64,000 bases of DNA from Minisyncoccota bacterium (GCA_028694995.1 JAQVJU010000002.1:2046-66045), one strand, 5' to 3'. Positions 15,889 to 26,061 are shown, counted from the stretch's first letter. Program-made: numbers and translations. The notes: generated from the letters alone by a model not told the origin.

Positions 15889-16879
15889 ATTAACAGAACA
15901 GGAAAAGAGAATTTTAGAAAAATATCCTGATTTTTTAGAATTAATTGATTTTACTCAAGAGAAATTAAGTTTGGAAAATGTTAATCAATATGTGGATTAT
16001 GAAGTGGTTTCTGTTTTTATTGGATCTCAATTATCTCAAGAAGTTTTAAAACAATTAAAGAATTTGAAATTAATTGCCACTCGCTCTACTGGTTTTGACC
16101 ATATTGATTTGAATTATTGCAAAGATAATAATATTTTAATATCTAATGTGCCAGATTATGGAGAGCATACAGTGGCAGAATATACATTTGCTTTATTATT
16201 ATGCTTAATAAGAAAAGTTTACAATGCTTATCATCAAGTTAGGGAAACAGGTAGTTTTTCCTTAGAAGGATTACAAGGCAGAGAATTGTATGGAAAAGTT
16301 TTAGGAGTGATTGGGGTTGGTAAAATTGGCAGGGAAGTAATTAAAATAGCTAAAGGATTTTCAATGAAGGTAATTGCTTATGATAAATATCCTCAAGAAG
16401 AATTAGCCAAACAATTAGGATTTGAATATGTGGATTTGGAAAATCTTTTATCTGTTTCTGATGTGATTAGTTTGCATGTTCCTCATAATAAAGAAACTCA
16501 TCATTTAATAAATAAGGATAATATATTCAAAACAAAACCCGGTTGTTATATCATTAACACAGCTCGGGGAGGAATAATAGAAACCCAGGCGCTTTATGAG
16601 GCAATAAAGAATAATCATCTTGGTGGCGCTGCTTTGGATGTTTTAGAAGAAGAAGGGGATTTAAAAGAAGAGCAGAGAATGCTTATGGAAAAACAAGATA
16701 TTCCTTCTGAAAAATTAAAAATCCTTTTAGCTAATCATGTGTTTATAGATTTAGATAATGTGATTGTTTCGCCTCATAATGCTTTTAATACTCAGGAAGC
16801 TTTGGCGAATATTGTGATAAAAACAATAGAGAATATTAAACAATTCCAAATATCAAAACCTATTAATTTAATAAATTAA
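15866..16879 (+). CDS. D-isomer-specific 2-hydroxyacid dehydrogenase (NAD-binding)
   Basis: Rossmann fold GVIGVGKIGREV. Catalytic R/E/H arrangement. Confidence 0.8.
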   Translation: MKKIIFFELTEQEKRILEKYPDFLELIDFTQEKLSLENVNQYVDYEVVSVFIGSQLSQEVLKQLKNLKLIATRSTGFDHIDLNYCKDNNILISNVPDYGEHTVAEYTFALLLCLIRKVYNAYHQVRETGSFSLEGLQGRELYGKVLGVIGVGKIGREVIKIAKGFSMKVIAYDKYPQEELAKQLGFEYVDLENLLSVSDVISLHVPHNKETHHLINKDNIFKTKPGCYIINTARGGIIETQALYEAIKNNHLGGAALDVLEEEGDLKEEQRMLMEKQDIPSEKLKILLANHVFIDLDNVIVSPHNAFNTQEALANIVIKTIENIKQFQISKPINLIN

Positions 16880-16883
16880 AAAC

Positions 16884-17246
16884 ATGTTAAAAGATGATTG
16901 TGTTTTTTGTAAGATAATAAAAGGGGAAATACCTTCAGAGAAATATTATGAAGATGATGATTTTTTAGCTATTTTTGATATTCATCCAATTGCTAAAGGT
17001 CATCTTGTATTGTTTTCCAAGAATCATACGGCTAATGTTGGAGAAATGCCTGAACAAGAATGGCAGAAGATTTGTTCTTTAGCTAGAGAATTAGCAGAAA
17101 AACATATGAAAGAATTAAAGGCTGATGGTTATAACTTAATGATTAATCAAGGAGAAGCAGCACAATCTGAAGTTGCTCATCGGCCACATATTCATATTGT
17201 GCCTCGTTATTTTAATGATGGTATTAAAGTAGATCCTAGAGGATAA
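16884..17246 (+). CDS. HIT-family (histidine triad) nucleotide hydrolase
   Basis: H-x-H-x-H motif HRPHIHIVPR. Confidence 0.8.
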   Translation: MLKDDCVFCKIIKGEIPSEKYYEDDDFLAIFDIHPIAKGHLVLFSKNHTANVGEMPEQEWQKICSLARELAEKHMKELKADGYNLMINQGEAAQSEVAHRPHIHIVPRYFNDGIKVDPRG

Positions 17247-18067
17247 TGAAGAATAAGATTGTTGTTTTAGATTTTGATGGAACCTTAACTCAGGTTAAAG
17301 AAGAAGCTAAACCATTTTTAAAAAGTTTTAAGAAGGATTATGCTAATTTTCTAAGTAAAGATAATTTAGATAAAGAATGGGAAGAGATAGAAAAGGAAAT
17401 TCTGAAAAATCCTGAACAATATGGTTGGAAAGATAAGGGATTGATTATTGCTCCAGCTAAAGTTGATGACTATATTTTAGCCTCAGTTGTTGCCCAAGTT
17501 CTTTTAGATAAATATGATGTATTTAAAAAAGACAAAGAAAGAGATGAAATTGTTCATCAGATTTTCCGTCAGAATTATTTAAAGAGTAAAATTTGTTTTA
17601 AAAAAGAGGCTAAAGAAGTTTTAGAAAAATTAATTAAAAAATTACCAGTTTTTATAGTAACTAATTCAAGGCCAGATGCGGTTTTGAATAAAATACAGGT
17701 ATTAAATCCTTTAGGTAAAGAAAAATTGAAAATCTTTGGTGATGCACAAAAAAATTGGCTTGATGCCAATTTTGATTTAGTGCCTGAGTTTATAAAAATA
17801 CAAGGTTTGGAAAGAAAGATTTATTTAAGGAGAAAACGATATTATGATGTTTTAAATCAAATCTGGGAACAATCATCTGTGAAACCAGAACAATGTTTGA
17901 TAGTGGGTGATGTTTTTGAATTGGATTTGGTTTTGCCCGCTAAACTTGGTTGTAATATTTTCTTAATTACTAATTCTCAAACACCTGATTATGAAAAACA
18001 AGCGGTAAAGGATTTATTCAAAGGCTGTGTTAGTGAGAATATTAGAGATATTTTAAAAGTAATTTAA
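17246..18067 (+). CDS. HAD-superfamily hydrolase
   Basis: Motif I VLDFDGTLT. Distal GDxxxD-like VGDVFELD. Confidence 0.5.
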   Translation: MKNKIVVLDFDGTLTQVKEEAKPFLKSFKKDYANFLSKDNLDKEWEEIEKEILKNPEQYGWKDKGLIIAPAKVDDYILASVVAQVLLDKYDVFKKDKERDEIVHQIFRQNYLKSKICFKKEAKEVLEKLIKKLPVFIVTNSRPDAVLNKIQVLNPLGKEKLKIFGDAQKNWLDANFDLVPEFIKIQGLERKIYLRRKRYYDVLNQIWEQSSVKPEQCLIVGDVFELDLVLPAKLGCNIFLITNSQTPDYEKQAVKDLFKGCVSENIRDILKVI

Positions 18068-18069
18068 GG

Positions 18070-18630
18070 TTATTTAGCTCTTTCCACATATTGGCCAGTT
18101 TCTGTATTGATAATGATTTTTTCACCTTCTTTGATAAAAAGAGGAGTGTTTATCTTTAATCCATTTTCTAAGGTTACAGTTTTAAGAGCGCCGCTAACTG
18201 TATTGCCTTTAATTGCTTCTGGAGCTTCTATAACCATTAATTCTATTTTAATAGGGATTTTTATAGAAACAGGCTCATCTTCTATAAAGATAATAGAAAC
18301 TTCTGTTTTTTCTTTTAAGAATTTAGTTAAATCTTGGACTTTTTCTAAATTAAAATTGATTCTTTCTTGAGAGTTTTTTACCTGAAAAACAGCTGATTTT
18401 CTATCAGAATAAAGATAAAGAGCTGTTTGATAATCAATGTCTATTTGTTCAAATTTATCTCCAGAACGGAAAGTTTTTTCTAATACTTTGCCTGTAAGAA
18501 AGTTTTTTAATTGAGTTCTCATGACCGCGCCTCCTTTACCAGGTTTATAAAATTCAAAATTGATAATTTGCCAAGGTTGGTTGTCAATTTTTAAAACCAT
18601 GCCTTTTTCAAAATCAGATGTAGAAATCAT
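18070..18630 (-). CDS. efp: Elongation factor P
   Basis: Motif KPGKGGAVMRTQLKN and the three-domain length. Confidence 0.9.
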   Translation of the reverse strand: MISTSDFEKGMVLKIDNQPWQIINFEFYKPGKGGAVMRTQLKNFLTGKVLEKTFRSGDKFEQIDIDYQTALYLYSDRKSAVFQVKNSQERINFNLEKVQDLTKFLKEKTEVSIIFIEDEPVSIKIPIKIELMVIEAPEAIKGNTVSGALKTVTLENGLKINTPLFIKEGEKIIINTETGQYVERAK

Positions 18631-18704
18631 ATTTTTTATTGATTTGTATTTTATTTAATGATATAGTATTATCTAATAGGGTTTTCGTCAAGTCTTTTTT
18701 TATT

Positions 18705-18777
18705 GCTCCCGTAGCTCAATTGGTAGAGCAACAGCCTTTTAAGCTGGCGGTTGCGCGTTCAAGTCGCGCCGGGGGCA
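18705..18777 (+). tRNA. tRNA-Lys (anticodon UUU), CCA not encoded
   Basis: Cloverleaf folded by hand. Acceptor GCTCCCG/CGGGGGC, D-arm GCTC-AATTGGTA-GAGC, anticodon loop CTTTTAA (U33, UUU, A37), T-arm GCGCG-TTCAAGT-CGCGC, discriminator A. Confidence 0.85.
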
Positions 18778-18788
18778 CAATTAAAAAA

Positions 18789-20084
18789 ATGAATTACAAA
18801 AGGATTTTAATTGTTTTTATTGTTTTTTTGGCGACTGTTTTAGCGTCAATTTTTATTTACCCTCAAGGGATAACTAGTTTAGGGATAAAATTGCCTAAAT
18901 TCTTTGATAAGGAATTTAGTTTTGGTTTGGATATTTCTGGAGGCACTTTATTAATTTATGAGGCAGATTTAAGCAATGTAGAGCCTGAAGATTATTCTTC
19001 AGCGATGACTGGATTAAGAGATGTGATTGAAAGAAGAATTAATTATTCAGGGGTTAAAGAACCACGAATAACAGCAAACAAGAGTGGAGAAGTTTGGCGT
19101 TTAACTGTTGAATTGGCTGGAATTAAAGATATTCAAGAAGCAATAAAGATGATCGGAGAAACTCCTTTTTTAGAATTTAGGGAATTACGTGAAGAAGAAG
19201 AAACCAAAGAACTGTTAGAAATGGAAGAAATGTCTGAAGATGTAGACCCTTATTTCAAACCAACTATTTTAACAGGAAAATATTTAAAAAGAGCAGAAGT
19301 TAATTTTGAATCAACCACTTCTTTGCCAGTTATTAATTTATCTTTTAATGATGAAGGGGCTGAGATTTTTGCTGAATTGACCAAAGAGAATATTGGTAAA
19401 CCATTGGCGATTTATTTAGATGGTTATCCAATTAGCATCCCTACAGTTCAGGAAGAAATTCCTTCTGGCATGGCTCAAATTTCTGGTCAGTTTACCTTAG
19501 CTGAAGCAAAAGAATTAGTTTTAAGATTAAATCAGGGGGCTTTGCCAGTGCCAATAAATTTAATATCTCAACAATCTGTTGGCGCTATCTTAGGCGACCA
19601 ATCTATGGAAAAAATTGTCCAGGCAGCTTTTTGGGGTTTTATTTTGGTGATTTTATTTATGATTGCTGTTTATCGTTTGCCAGGGTTATTAGCTTCTTTA
19701 TCTTTGATTATTTATGTTGTTTTGACTTTGAGTATATTTAAGTTTATTCCAGTGACTTTGACTTTGACTGGGATTACTGGATTTATTCTTTCTATTGGCA
19801 TGGCAGTAGATACTAATGTTTTGATTTTTGAACATGCTAAAGAGGAAATTAAAAAGAATAAACCTTTGAAAATTGCCATGGAAGATGGTTATCAAAAATC
19901 ATGGCCAGCTATTCGGGATTCTAATATTGCTACAATTATATCAGCAATTATTCTTTATTACTTTACTTCTAATATGATTAGGGGATTTGCACTTACTTTG
20001 GCTATTGGTGTGGGTACAGGATTGTTAACTGCAATTTTCATTACGAAGTTATTCTTAGGAGTGGTTTATAGTAAAAAAAGTTAA
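18789..20084 (+). CDS. secD: Protein translocase subunit SecD
   Basis: Motif LGLDISGGT and a C-terminal 6-TM domain. The ORF-track start at 18639 is rejected because it runs through the tRNA. Confidence 0.85.
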   Translation: MNYKRILIVFIVFLATVLASIFIYPQGITSLGIKLPKFFDKEFSFGLDISGGTLLIYEADLSNVEPEDYSSAMTGLRDVIERRINYSGVKEPRITANKSGEVWRLTVELAGIKDIQEAIKMIGETPFLEFRELREEEETKELLEMEEMSEDVDPYFKPTILTGKYLKRAEVNFESTTSLPVINLSFNDEGAEIFAELTKENIGKPLAIYLDGYPISIPTVQEEIPSGMAQISGQFTLAEAKELVLRLNQGALPVPINLISQQSVGAILGDQSMEKIVQAAFWGFILVILFMIAVYRLPGLLASLSLIIYVVLTLSIFKFIPVTLTLTGITGFILSIGMAVDTNVLIFEHAKEEIKKNKPLKIAMEDGYQKSWPAIRDSNIATIISAIILYYFTSNMIRGFALTLAIGVGTGLLTAIFITKLFLGVVYSKKS

Positions 20085-20100
20085 TTTTTAAAATATATTA

Positions 20101-20988
20101 ATGGATTTTATTCAAAAGAGAAAAATTTTCTATGGAATTTCAGGAATAATAATGATAATTTCATTATTGAGTTTTTTAATTTGGGGATTTAATTTTGGGA
20201 TAGATTTTACTGGGGGTTCATTATGGGAGTTAACTATGGAAAAAGACATTAACCAATCTATAGAAGAAATCTCAGATTATTTAGCAGAACAAGATTTAGG
20301 ACAAATTAATATTCAGACCACAGGGGAGAATAGTATAATTTTGCGTTTTTCAAATATTTCAGAAGAAAAACATATTGAGTTATTAAAAGACATAGAAGAA
20401 ATTCATCCTTTAATACAAGAAAAGAGATTTGAATCAATTGGTCCTTCTATTGGGGGAGAATTAAAGGTCAAATCTATTTGGGCAACTATTTTAGTATTTG
20501 CTGGGATTCTTTTATATCTCTGGTATGCTTTTCATCATTTTTCATCAGTGATTCCTTCTTATCGTTATGGTGTTCTAGCAGTATTAATGTTAATGCATGA
20601 TGCTTTTTTTATTGTTGGTTTGTTTACGGTTTTAGGAAAATTCCAAGGCTGGGAAGTGAATTCTGATTTCTTAGTGGCTTTGTTAGTGGTTATTGGTTAT
20701 TCAGTTCATGATACGATTGTTGTTTTTGATAGAATCAGAGAAAACTTAAAAACCAGAACAAAAGAACCATTAAAAGATATTGTTAATATAAGTATTCAAC
20801 AGACATTGATGAGATCTTTGAATACTTCTTTGACTACTATTTTTCCTTTGCTCTCTTTGTATTTTTTTGGACCTTTTTCTATTAAGATATTAGTAACAGC
20901 GATGATTGGTGGGGTGATTATTGGCACTTATTCTTCAGTGTTTTTAGCAGCTCCTTTGTTATATGATTGGTCTAAGAGTAAGAATTAA
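20101..20988 (+). CDS. secF: Protein translocase subunit SecF
   Basis: Motif GIDFTGGS and TM topology. Confidence 0.85.
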   Translation: MDFIQKRKIFYGISGIIMIISLLSFLIWGFNFGIDFTGGSLWELTMEKDINQSIEEISDYLAEQDLGQINIQTTGENSIILRFSNISEEKHIELLKDIEEIHPLIQEKRFESIGPSIGGELKVKSIWATILVFAGILLYLWYAFHHFSSVIPSYRYGVLAVLMLMHDAFFIVGLFTVLGKFQGWEVNSDFLVALLVVIGYSVHDTIVVFDRIRENLKTRTKEPLKDIVNISIQQTLMRSLNTSLTTIFPLLSLYFFGPFSIKILVTAMIGGVIIGTYSSVFLAAPLLYDWSKSKN

Positions 20989-21042
20989 AGCTATAATAGG
21001 GGTTGACTTGTAAGGTAATTTTTGCTTTAATTAAGTATATAT

Positions 21043-22167
21043 ATGAATATGAAAAAAGAAATTTTAAATAAACAAGCCCCACAATTGTTATCTTTCAAAA
21101 TTATAGAGGTTTTACCTGTTCGGACCCAGGCAATTGTTAAAAAGAGATTTGGCTTAGAAGATAATAAGCCGAAGACTCTAGAAGCAGTGGGTCAGGATTA
21201 TAAAGTTACTAGAGAAAGGGTAAGACAAATCATTGAAAGTGCTTTAAAGACTATTAAAAAACAGCCAATTTTAGAAACCATTGGCGGTTTTGTTAATATG
21301 GGCAAATCTTTATTAAAAGAAAGTGGAGGTTTGGAAGAAGAATCTGAGTTTTTGAGAAAGATAGAAAGGAAATTAATATCTGAAAAAGATGCAAAAATGG
21401 CAGGTAATTTATCTGCGATTAGGTTTTTATTAACTCTTGATCCAGGGTTTGTTTTTGAAGAAGAAGATAATTCTAATTATGGTTTTTGGCATTTGGCAGA
21501 ACTTTCTAAAGAAAAGATAGATAAGAATATGAAAGTGTTTGAGAAATATTTTAAAGATAAAAAAGAAGCGGTGGTCTTAGATGAGGTGTATTCTTGGGCA
21601 AAAAAGAATCTTAGTAATAAGATAAACAAAGAAGAATTACAAGCATATTTTAGAGTTTCTAAAGGAATTGGCATGAATCCATTTGGCGAATATGGTTTGT
21701 TTGATTGGGCAGAAATAGATCCCTCAGGAACCAGAGACCGCGCCTATATGGTTATGAAACATGCAGGTCAGCCAATGCATTTTTCTGAAATCACAGATTT
21801 GTTAAATGAAATTAACAAATCTCCAATCTATCCTCGATTAACTTCTAATTCTTGGCAAAAACAAGTTTGTATTCAAACAGTGCATAATGAATTAATCAGA
21901 GATTCAAGGTTTGTTTTGATTGGCAGGGGGATTTATGCATTAAAAGAAAAAGGATACAAGCCAGGAAAGATAATTGATGTGATTAAGGATGTTTTGCAAG
22001 AAGCAGGCAAGCCAATGAAGATAGAAGACATTATTAAAGAAGTGCAAAAAAGAAGAATTGCCAAAGACAATACCATTATTCTTAATTTGAATAACAAACA
22101 GTATTTTAAAAAATTACCAAATAAATATTACACTTTAATCAAGCCTTATAAAATACTTGAGGTTTAA
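21043..22167 (+). CDS. DNA-binding protein: sigma-70 region-4-like HTH at N-terminus + two HARE-HTH-like repeats (GQPMHFSEITDLLNEI; GKPMKIEDIIKEVQKRR)
   Basis: The N-terminus AIVKKRFGLEDNKPKTLEAVGQDYKVTRERVRQIIESALKTIKK resembles sigma70_r4. The C-terminal G.PM...EI motifs resemble the RpoE-delta/HARE-HTH fold. Its stop overlaps the next start (TAATG). Confidence 0.45.
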   Translation: MNMKKEILNKQAPQLLSFKIIEVLPVRTQAIVKKRFGLEDNKPKTLEAVGQDYKVTRERVRQIIESALKTIKKQPILETIGGFVNMGKSLLKESGGLEEESEFLRKIERKLISEKDAKMAGNLSAIRFLLTLDPGFVFEEEDNSNYGFWHLAELSKEKIDKNMKVFEKYFKDKKEAVVLDEVYSWAKKNLSNKINKEELQAYFRVSKGIGMNPFGEYGLFDWAEIDPSGTRDRAYMVMKHAGQPMHFSEITDLLNEINKSPIYPRLTSNSWQKQVCIQTVHNELIRDSRFVLIGRGIYALKEKGYKPGKIIDVIKDVLQEAGKPMKIEDIIKEVQKRRIAKDNTIILNLNNKQYFKKLPNKYYTLIKPYKILEV

Positions 22168-23390
22168 TGCCTTATTATATAAGAGAAGTTTTGTTTTTTA
22201 TTTTAGCGATTTTTCAAGATTTTTGGTGGTTGCTATTCCTTTTCCTTTTAGGAGGATTTTTTATTAATTTAAGAAAACAACATAAGGCAGAAGTTAAAAA
22301 AGAAAAAGAAGCTATTAAAGATTGGGCTGTTTTAGAAGTTAAGATTAATCGTGAGATTTTACAAACTCCAAAATCTATTGAGCAGGTTTTTAATAGCTTG
22401 AATGTTATTGAAAAGGGTTGTTTGTGTTTAGAGATTGTGGGTATTAACCGAGAAATGCATTTTATTATTCGGACACCACAAGAATACAAGAATTTGGTTA
22501 TTTCTCAATTTTATTCTCAATATCCAGAATTGGAAATAAAAGAAATTGAAGATTATTTTACAAGTGTGGCTCCTAATTTACCTAATAAGGATAATGATTT
22601 ATGGGGCATGGAAATTAATTTAAGTAAGGCTGATTGTTATCCAATTAAAACCTATTCTGCTTTTGAAGAAAAAAAAGAAGAAAAGAGAATAGATCCCATT
22701 GCTAGTTTAGCAGAAACTCTTGGGACTTTAGAAAGATCTGAATGGTGTATTTTTCAGATTTTACTTAGAACTTTATCTAAAGATGAAGAAAAGGAATTAA
22801 GCAATGAAGGGAAAAAAGAAATTAATAAGTTGTTAGGAAAAAAAGAAACAATAAAAATCACCTGGACAGATTGGGTTGCAGCTTTTTTCAGGAATCTTTT
22901 AGTAGGACTAGTAGAGCCACCAGTTTGGCCAGAAAAAGAAGAACAAAAAGAAAAATCTTCTTCAGAAATTTCCCTGTCAGATAGGGAAAAGATTCAGGCC
23001 ATAGAGAAAAAGATGGGTCAATTATCATTTAAGACTGGCATTAGAGTCCTTTATGTTTCTCCTCGTTCTGAATTTGAAGAATCCAAAGCCATAGGGTTTA
23101 TGGCTTATTTAAAACAATTTAATTCTAAAGATTTAAATGCTTTTGAAATTAACAAAGACACAACAACAAAATTAAAAACAAAGTTCTTTCAGGCAAGAAG
23201 GTTGTTTTTGAAAAAAAGAAAGTTTTATCAGACAGCTTTTCAAAGAAAACCAGAGAAAAAATCAATGATATTAACTACAGAAGAATTAGCAACAATTTAT
23301 CATTTTCCAGCTGTGACCATGAAGACGCCAACTTTAACCAGAGTATTAAGTAAAAAAAGCGAACCGCCAATAGGATTACCTACAGGATAA
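22167..23390 (+). CDS. Hypothetical membrane-anchored protein (N-terminal TM, large cytoplasmic K/E-rich domain)
   Basis: ORF translationally coupled on both sides. No recognisable motif. Confidence 0.4.
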   Translation: MPYYIREVLFFILAIFQDFWWLLFLFLLGGFFINLRKQHKAEVKKEKEAIKDWAVLEVKINREILQTPKSIEQVFNSLNVIEKGCLCLEIVGINREMHFIIRTPQEYKNLVISQFYSQYPELEIKEIEDYFTSVAPNLPNKDNDLWGMEINLSKADCYPIKTYSAFEEKKEEKRIDPIASLAETLGTLERSEWCIFQILLRTLSKDEEKELSNEGKKEINKLLGKKETIKITWTDWVAAFFRNLLVGLVEPPVWPEKEEQKEKSSSEISLSDREKIQAIEKKMGQLSFKTGIRVLYVSPRSEFEESKAIGFMAYLKQFNSKDLNAFEINKDTTTKLKTKFFQARRLFLKKRKFYQTAFQRKPEKKSMILTTEELATIYHFPAVTMKTPTLTRVLSKKSEPPIGLPTG

Positions 23391-23412
23391 TAATTAAAAT
23401 TGGAATATATTT

Positions 23413-24960
23413 ATGGATTTAAACTATATCGGCATTACAAACTTTAGAGATGAATATCAAAGATTTGGAATTAAAACCGATGATCGGCGTCGGCATATGT
23501 ATTTTGTTGGTAAGAGTGGCACTGGGAAAACAACAATGATGGAGAATATGATTATTCAGGATATTAATAATGGCAAAGGAGTGGGAGTCATTGACCCTCA
23601 TGGTGAATTAGTAAACAGGATTTTGTATTTTATCCCGGAAAACAGAATTAAAGATGTGGTTTATTTTAATCCTGGGGACATTGAATGGCCCATTGCTTTT
23701 AATGTAATAGAACAAGTGCCCTTAGAGCATCGTCACTTAGTAGTGGCTGGTTTGATGGGCGTTTTTAAGAAAATCTGGCCTGATGTTTGGTCAGCAAGAA
23801 TGGAATACATTTTGAATAATACGCTTTTGGCCTTATTAGAATATCCAAATTCAACCTTATTAAGTATTAATCGACTATTATCAGATGAGGATTTTAGAAG
23901 AACAGTAATGGAAAAAGTAACAGATCCAATAGTAAAATCATTTTGGGAAAAGGAATTTGCTCGTTATCACGCTCGGTTTGCTGTAGAAGCTATTGCGCCA
24001 ATTCAGAATAAAGTTGGTCAGTTTATCTCTAATCCTTTAATTAGGAATATTATTGGTCAGAAAGAATCAAAAATTGATATTCGGGAGATAATGGATGAAG
24101 GGAAGATTCTTTTAGCTAATTTATCTAAAGGATTAGTGGGTGAAGATAATTCTAGTCTTTTAGGCGCTTTATTAATTACTAAAATACAATTAGCCGCAAT
24201 GAGTAGGGTAGAGGTGCCTGAAGAAGAAAGAAGGGATTTCTATCTATATGTGGATGAATTTCAGAATTTTTCCACAGAATCTTTTGCCACGATTTTTGCT
24301 GAGGCAAGAAAATATCGTTTGGATTTAATTTTAGCTCATCAATATATTGCTCAATTAAATGATAGTGTTAGAGATTCTATTTTTGGTAATATTGGTAGCT
24401 TAGTTGCTTTTAGATTAGGGCCTGAAGATGCAGAATTTTTAGAAAAATATTTTACGCCTGAATTTAATCAAGAAGATTTAATTAATCTTCCTAATTACAA
24501 TTTCTACATTAAGTTGATGATTGATGGTATTCTTTCAAAAAGTTTTTCAGCAATGAATATTCCACCATCTAGTTTGCCTCAAAAAGCATATGTTCAGGAA
24601 ATAATAGAACATTCAAGAGAATTATTTGCCGCAGTTCGTCATGAAGTTGAATCTAATATTGCTCGTTGGGAGCTTTTAGATTTTTCCCCAAGTAAAGAAA
24701 CATTTAAAGAAAGACCAAGAACAGGGATTAAAGAGGGTTGGGCAGCAGTTTGTTCTCAATGTGGAAAAAACATTATTGTTCCTTTTAGACCGAGTTCTTC
24801 AAGACCAGTTTATTGCGAAGATTGTTTTAAAGAAATTAGGAAAATTCAAAAAACTAGAACTCTATCAGATGATTTGGAAAAATCTCCCAGGACAAGAACA
24901 CAACCTAAAGGAGAAGAGATAAAAAATATTATCAAAAATATATTTGATAAAAATTCTTAA
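23413..24960 (+). CDS. P-loop NTPase of the TraD/VirD4/TrwB - HerA/FtsK-like superfamily with C-terminal CxxC...CxxC zinc ribbon
   Basis: Walker A VGKSGTGKTT. Walker B-like FYLYVDEFQNF. C-terminus CSQCGKNIIVPF...VYCEDCF. Confidence 0.55.
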   Translation: MDLNYIGITNFRDEYQRFGIKTDDRRRHMYFVGKSGTGKTTMMENMIIQDINNGKGVGVIDPHGELVNRILYFIPENRIKDVVYFNPGDIEWPIAFNVIEQVPLEHRHLVVAGLMGVFKKIWPDVWSARMEYILNNTLLALLEYPNSTLLSINRLLSDEDFRRTVMEKVTDPIVKSFWEKEFARYHARFAVEAIAPIQNKVGQFISNPLIRNIIGQKESKIDIREIMDEGKILLANLSKGLVGEDNSSLLGALLITKIQLAAMSRVEVPEEERRDFYLYVDEFQNFSTESFATIFAEARKYRLDLILAHQYIAQLNDSVRDSIFGNIGSLVAFRLGPEDAEFLEKYFTPEFNQEDLINLPNYNFYIKLMIDGILSKSFSAMNIPPSSLPQKAYVQEIIEHSRELFAAVRHEVESNIARWELLDFSPSKETFKERPRTGIKEGWAAVCSQCGKNIIVPFRPSSSRPVYCEDCFKEIRKIQKTRTLSDDLEKSPRTRTQPKGEEIKNIIKNIFDKNS

Positions 24961-24963
24961 TTT

Positions 24964-26061
24964 ATGAAAAAAAGAATTGTTATTATCTGCGGTGGGAAAA
25001 GTGGAGAACATGAAGTTTCTTTGCGCTCAGCCTATTATGTTTTTAATAATTTAGATAAGAAGAAATATGTGGTTTCAGTTTTAGCGATTGATAAAAATGG
25101 CAAATGGTTTTTCAGTTATCAATTTGAAGATTTGGTAAATACCCGAGGTCTTTTATGGAAATTAAAGAAAGATTTAGAAGAGGTAGCTCTTTTAAAAGCA
25201 AAGAATTATGGTCAAATATTCAGCTTAAAGAGGAAAAAAGAATTAGCTCAAGGCGATGTGTTTTTCCCAGTGATTCATGGCACTTTTGGAGAAGATGGAT
25301 GTTTGCAGGGCTTTTTAGAATTATTAGATATTCCATATGTTGGCGCTAATGTGATTGGTTCGGCAATAGGCATGAATAAGGAAATAACTAAGAAATTATT
25401 AAAAATTGAAAAAATTCCAATTACAGAATATGTAGTTATTAGGAAAAGTGATTCTGAAAAAGATAAGGCATTAAAAATTCAATCAGCGATAAAAAAATTC
25501 CATTATCCGCTTTTTATTAAACCAGTTTCTTTAGGTTCTTCAGTTGGCGTTTCAAAAGTTTTTTCAAAAAAAGAATTACAAAAGGGCATTGAAGATGCTT
25601 TTCAATATGATGATCAGGTGATGATTGAAAAATTCATTAAAGGCCGGGAGATTGAATGTTCGGTTTTGGGTAATGATAATCCCCAAGCTTCTTTGCCAGG
25701 AGAAATACAACCAAAGACATTTTATTCTTACAAAGCAAAATATCTGGATGATAATGAAGCAAAGTTATTAGTGCCAGCGCCTTTGAATAAGAAACAGATT
25801 TCTCAAATACAAGAATTAAGCATTAGAACATTTAAGGCATTGGAATTGCAAGGTATGGCGCGGATTGATTTTTTTCTAAAACCAAATGAACAATTAGTGG
25901 TTAATGAGGCTAATACAATTCCTGGATTTACTCAAATTAGCATGTATCCTAAGTTATGGCAGATAAGTGGATTGAGCTATTCAAGATTGCTTGATAAACT
26001 AATACAGTTGGCAATTGAAAATCACAAAGGCAAAAAGAGATTAAAAAGGAGTTATCAATAA
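24964..26061 (+). CDS. ddl: D-alanine--D-alanine ligase
   Basis: N-terminal IVIICGGKSGEHEVSLRSA. ATP-grasp C-terminus. Confidence 0.9.
   Translation: MKKRIVIICGGKSGEHEVSLRSAYYVFNNLDKKKYVVSVLAIDKNGKWFFSYQFEDLVNTRGLLWKLKKDLEEVALLKAKNYGQIFSLKRKKELAQGDVFFPVIHGTFGEDGCLQGFLELLDIPYVGANVIGSAIGMNKEITKKLLKIEKIPITEYVVIRKSDSEKDKALKIQSAIKKFHYPLFIKPVSLGSSVGVSKVFSKKELQKGIEDAFQYDDQVMIEKFIKGREIECSVLGNDNPQASLPGEIQPKTFYSYKAKYLDDNEAKLLVPAPLNKKQISQIQELSIRTFKALELQGMARIDFFLKPNEQLVVNEANTIPGFTQISMYPKLWQISGLSYSRLLDKLIQLAIENHKGKKRLKRSYQ

Noticed and set aside
18639-18788. N-terminal 50 codons of the 481-aa ORF upstream of secD
   Set aside because: This stretch translates straight through a well-formed tRNA-Lys gene. 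The real start is the ATG at 18789.
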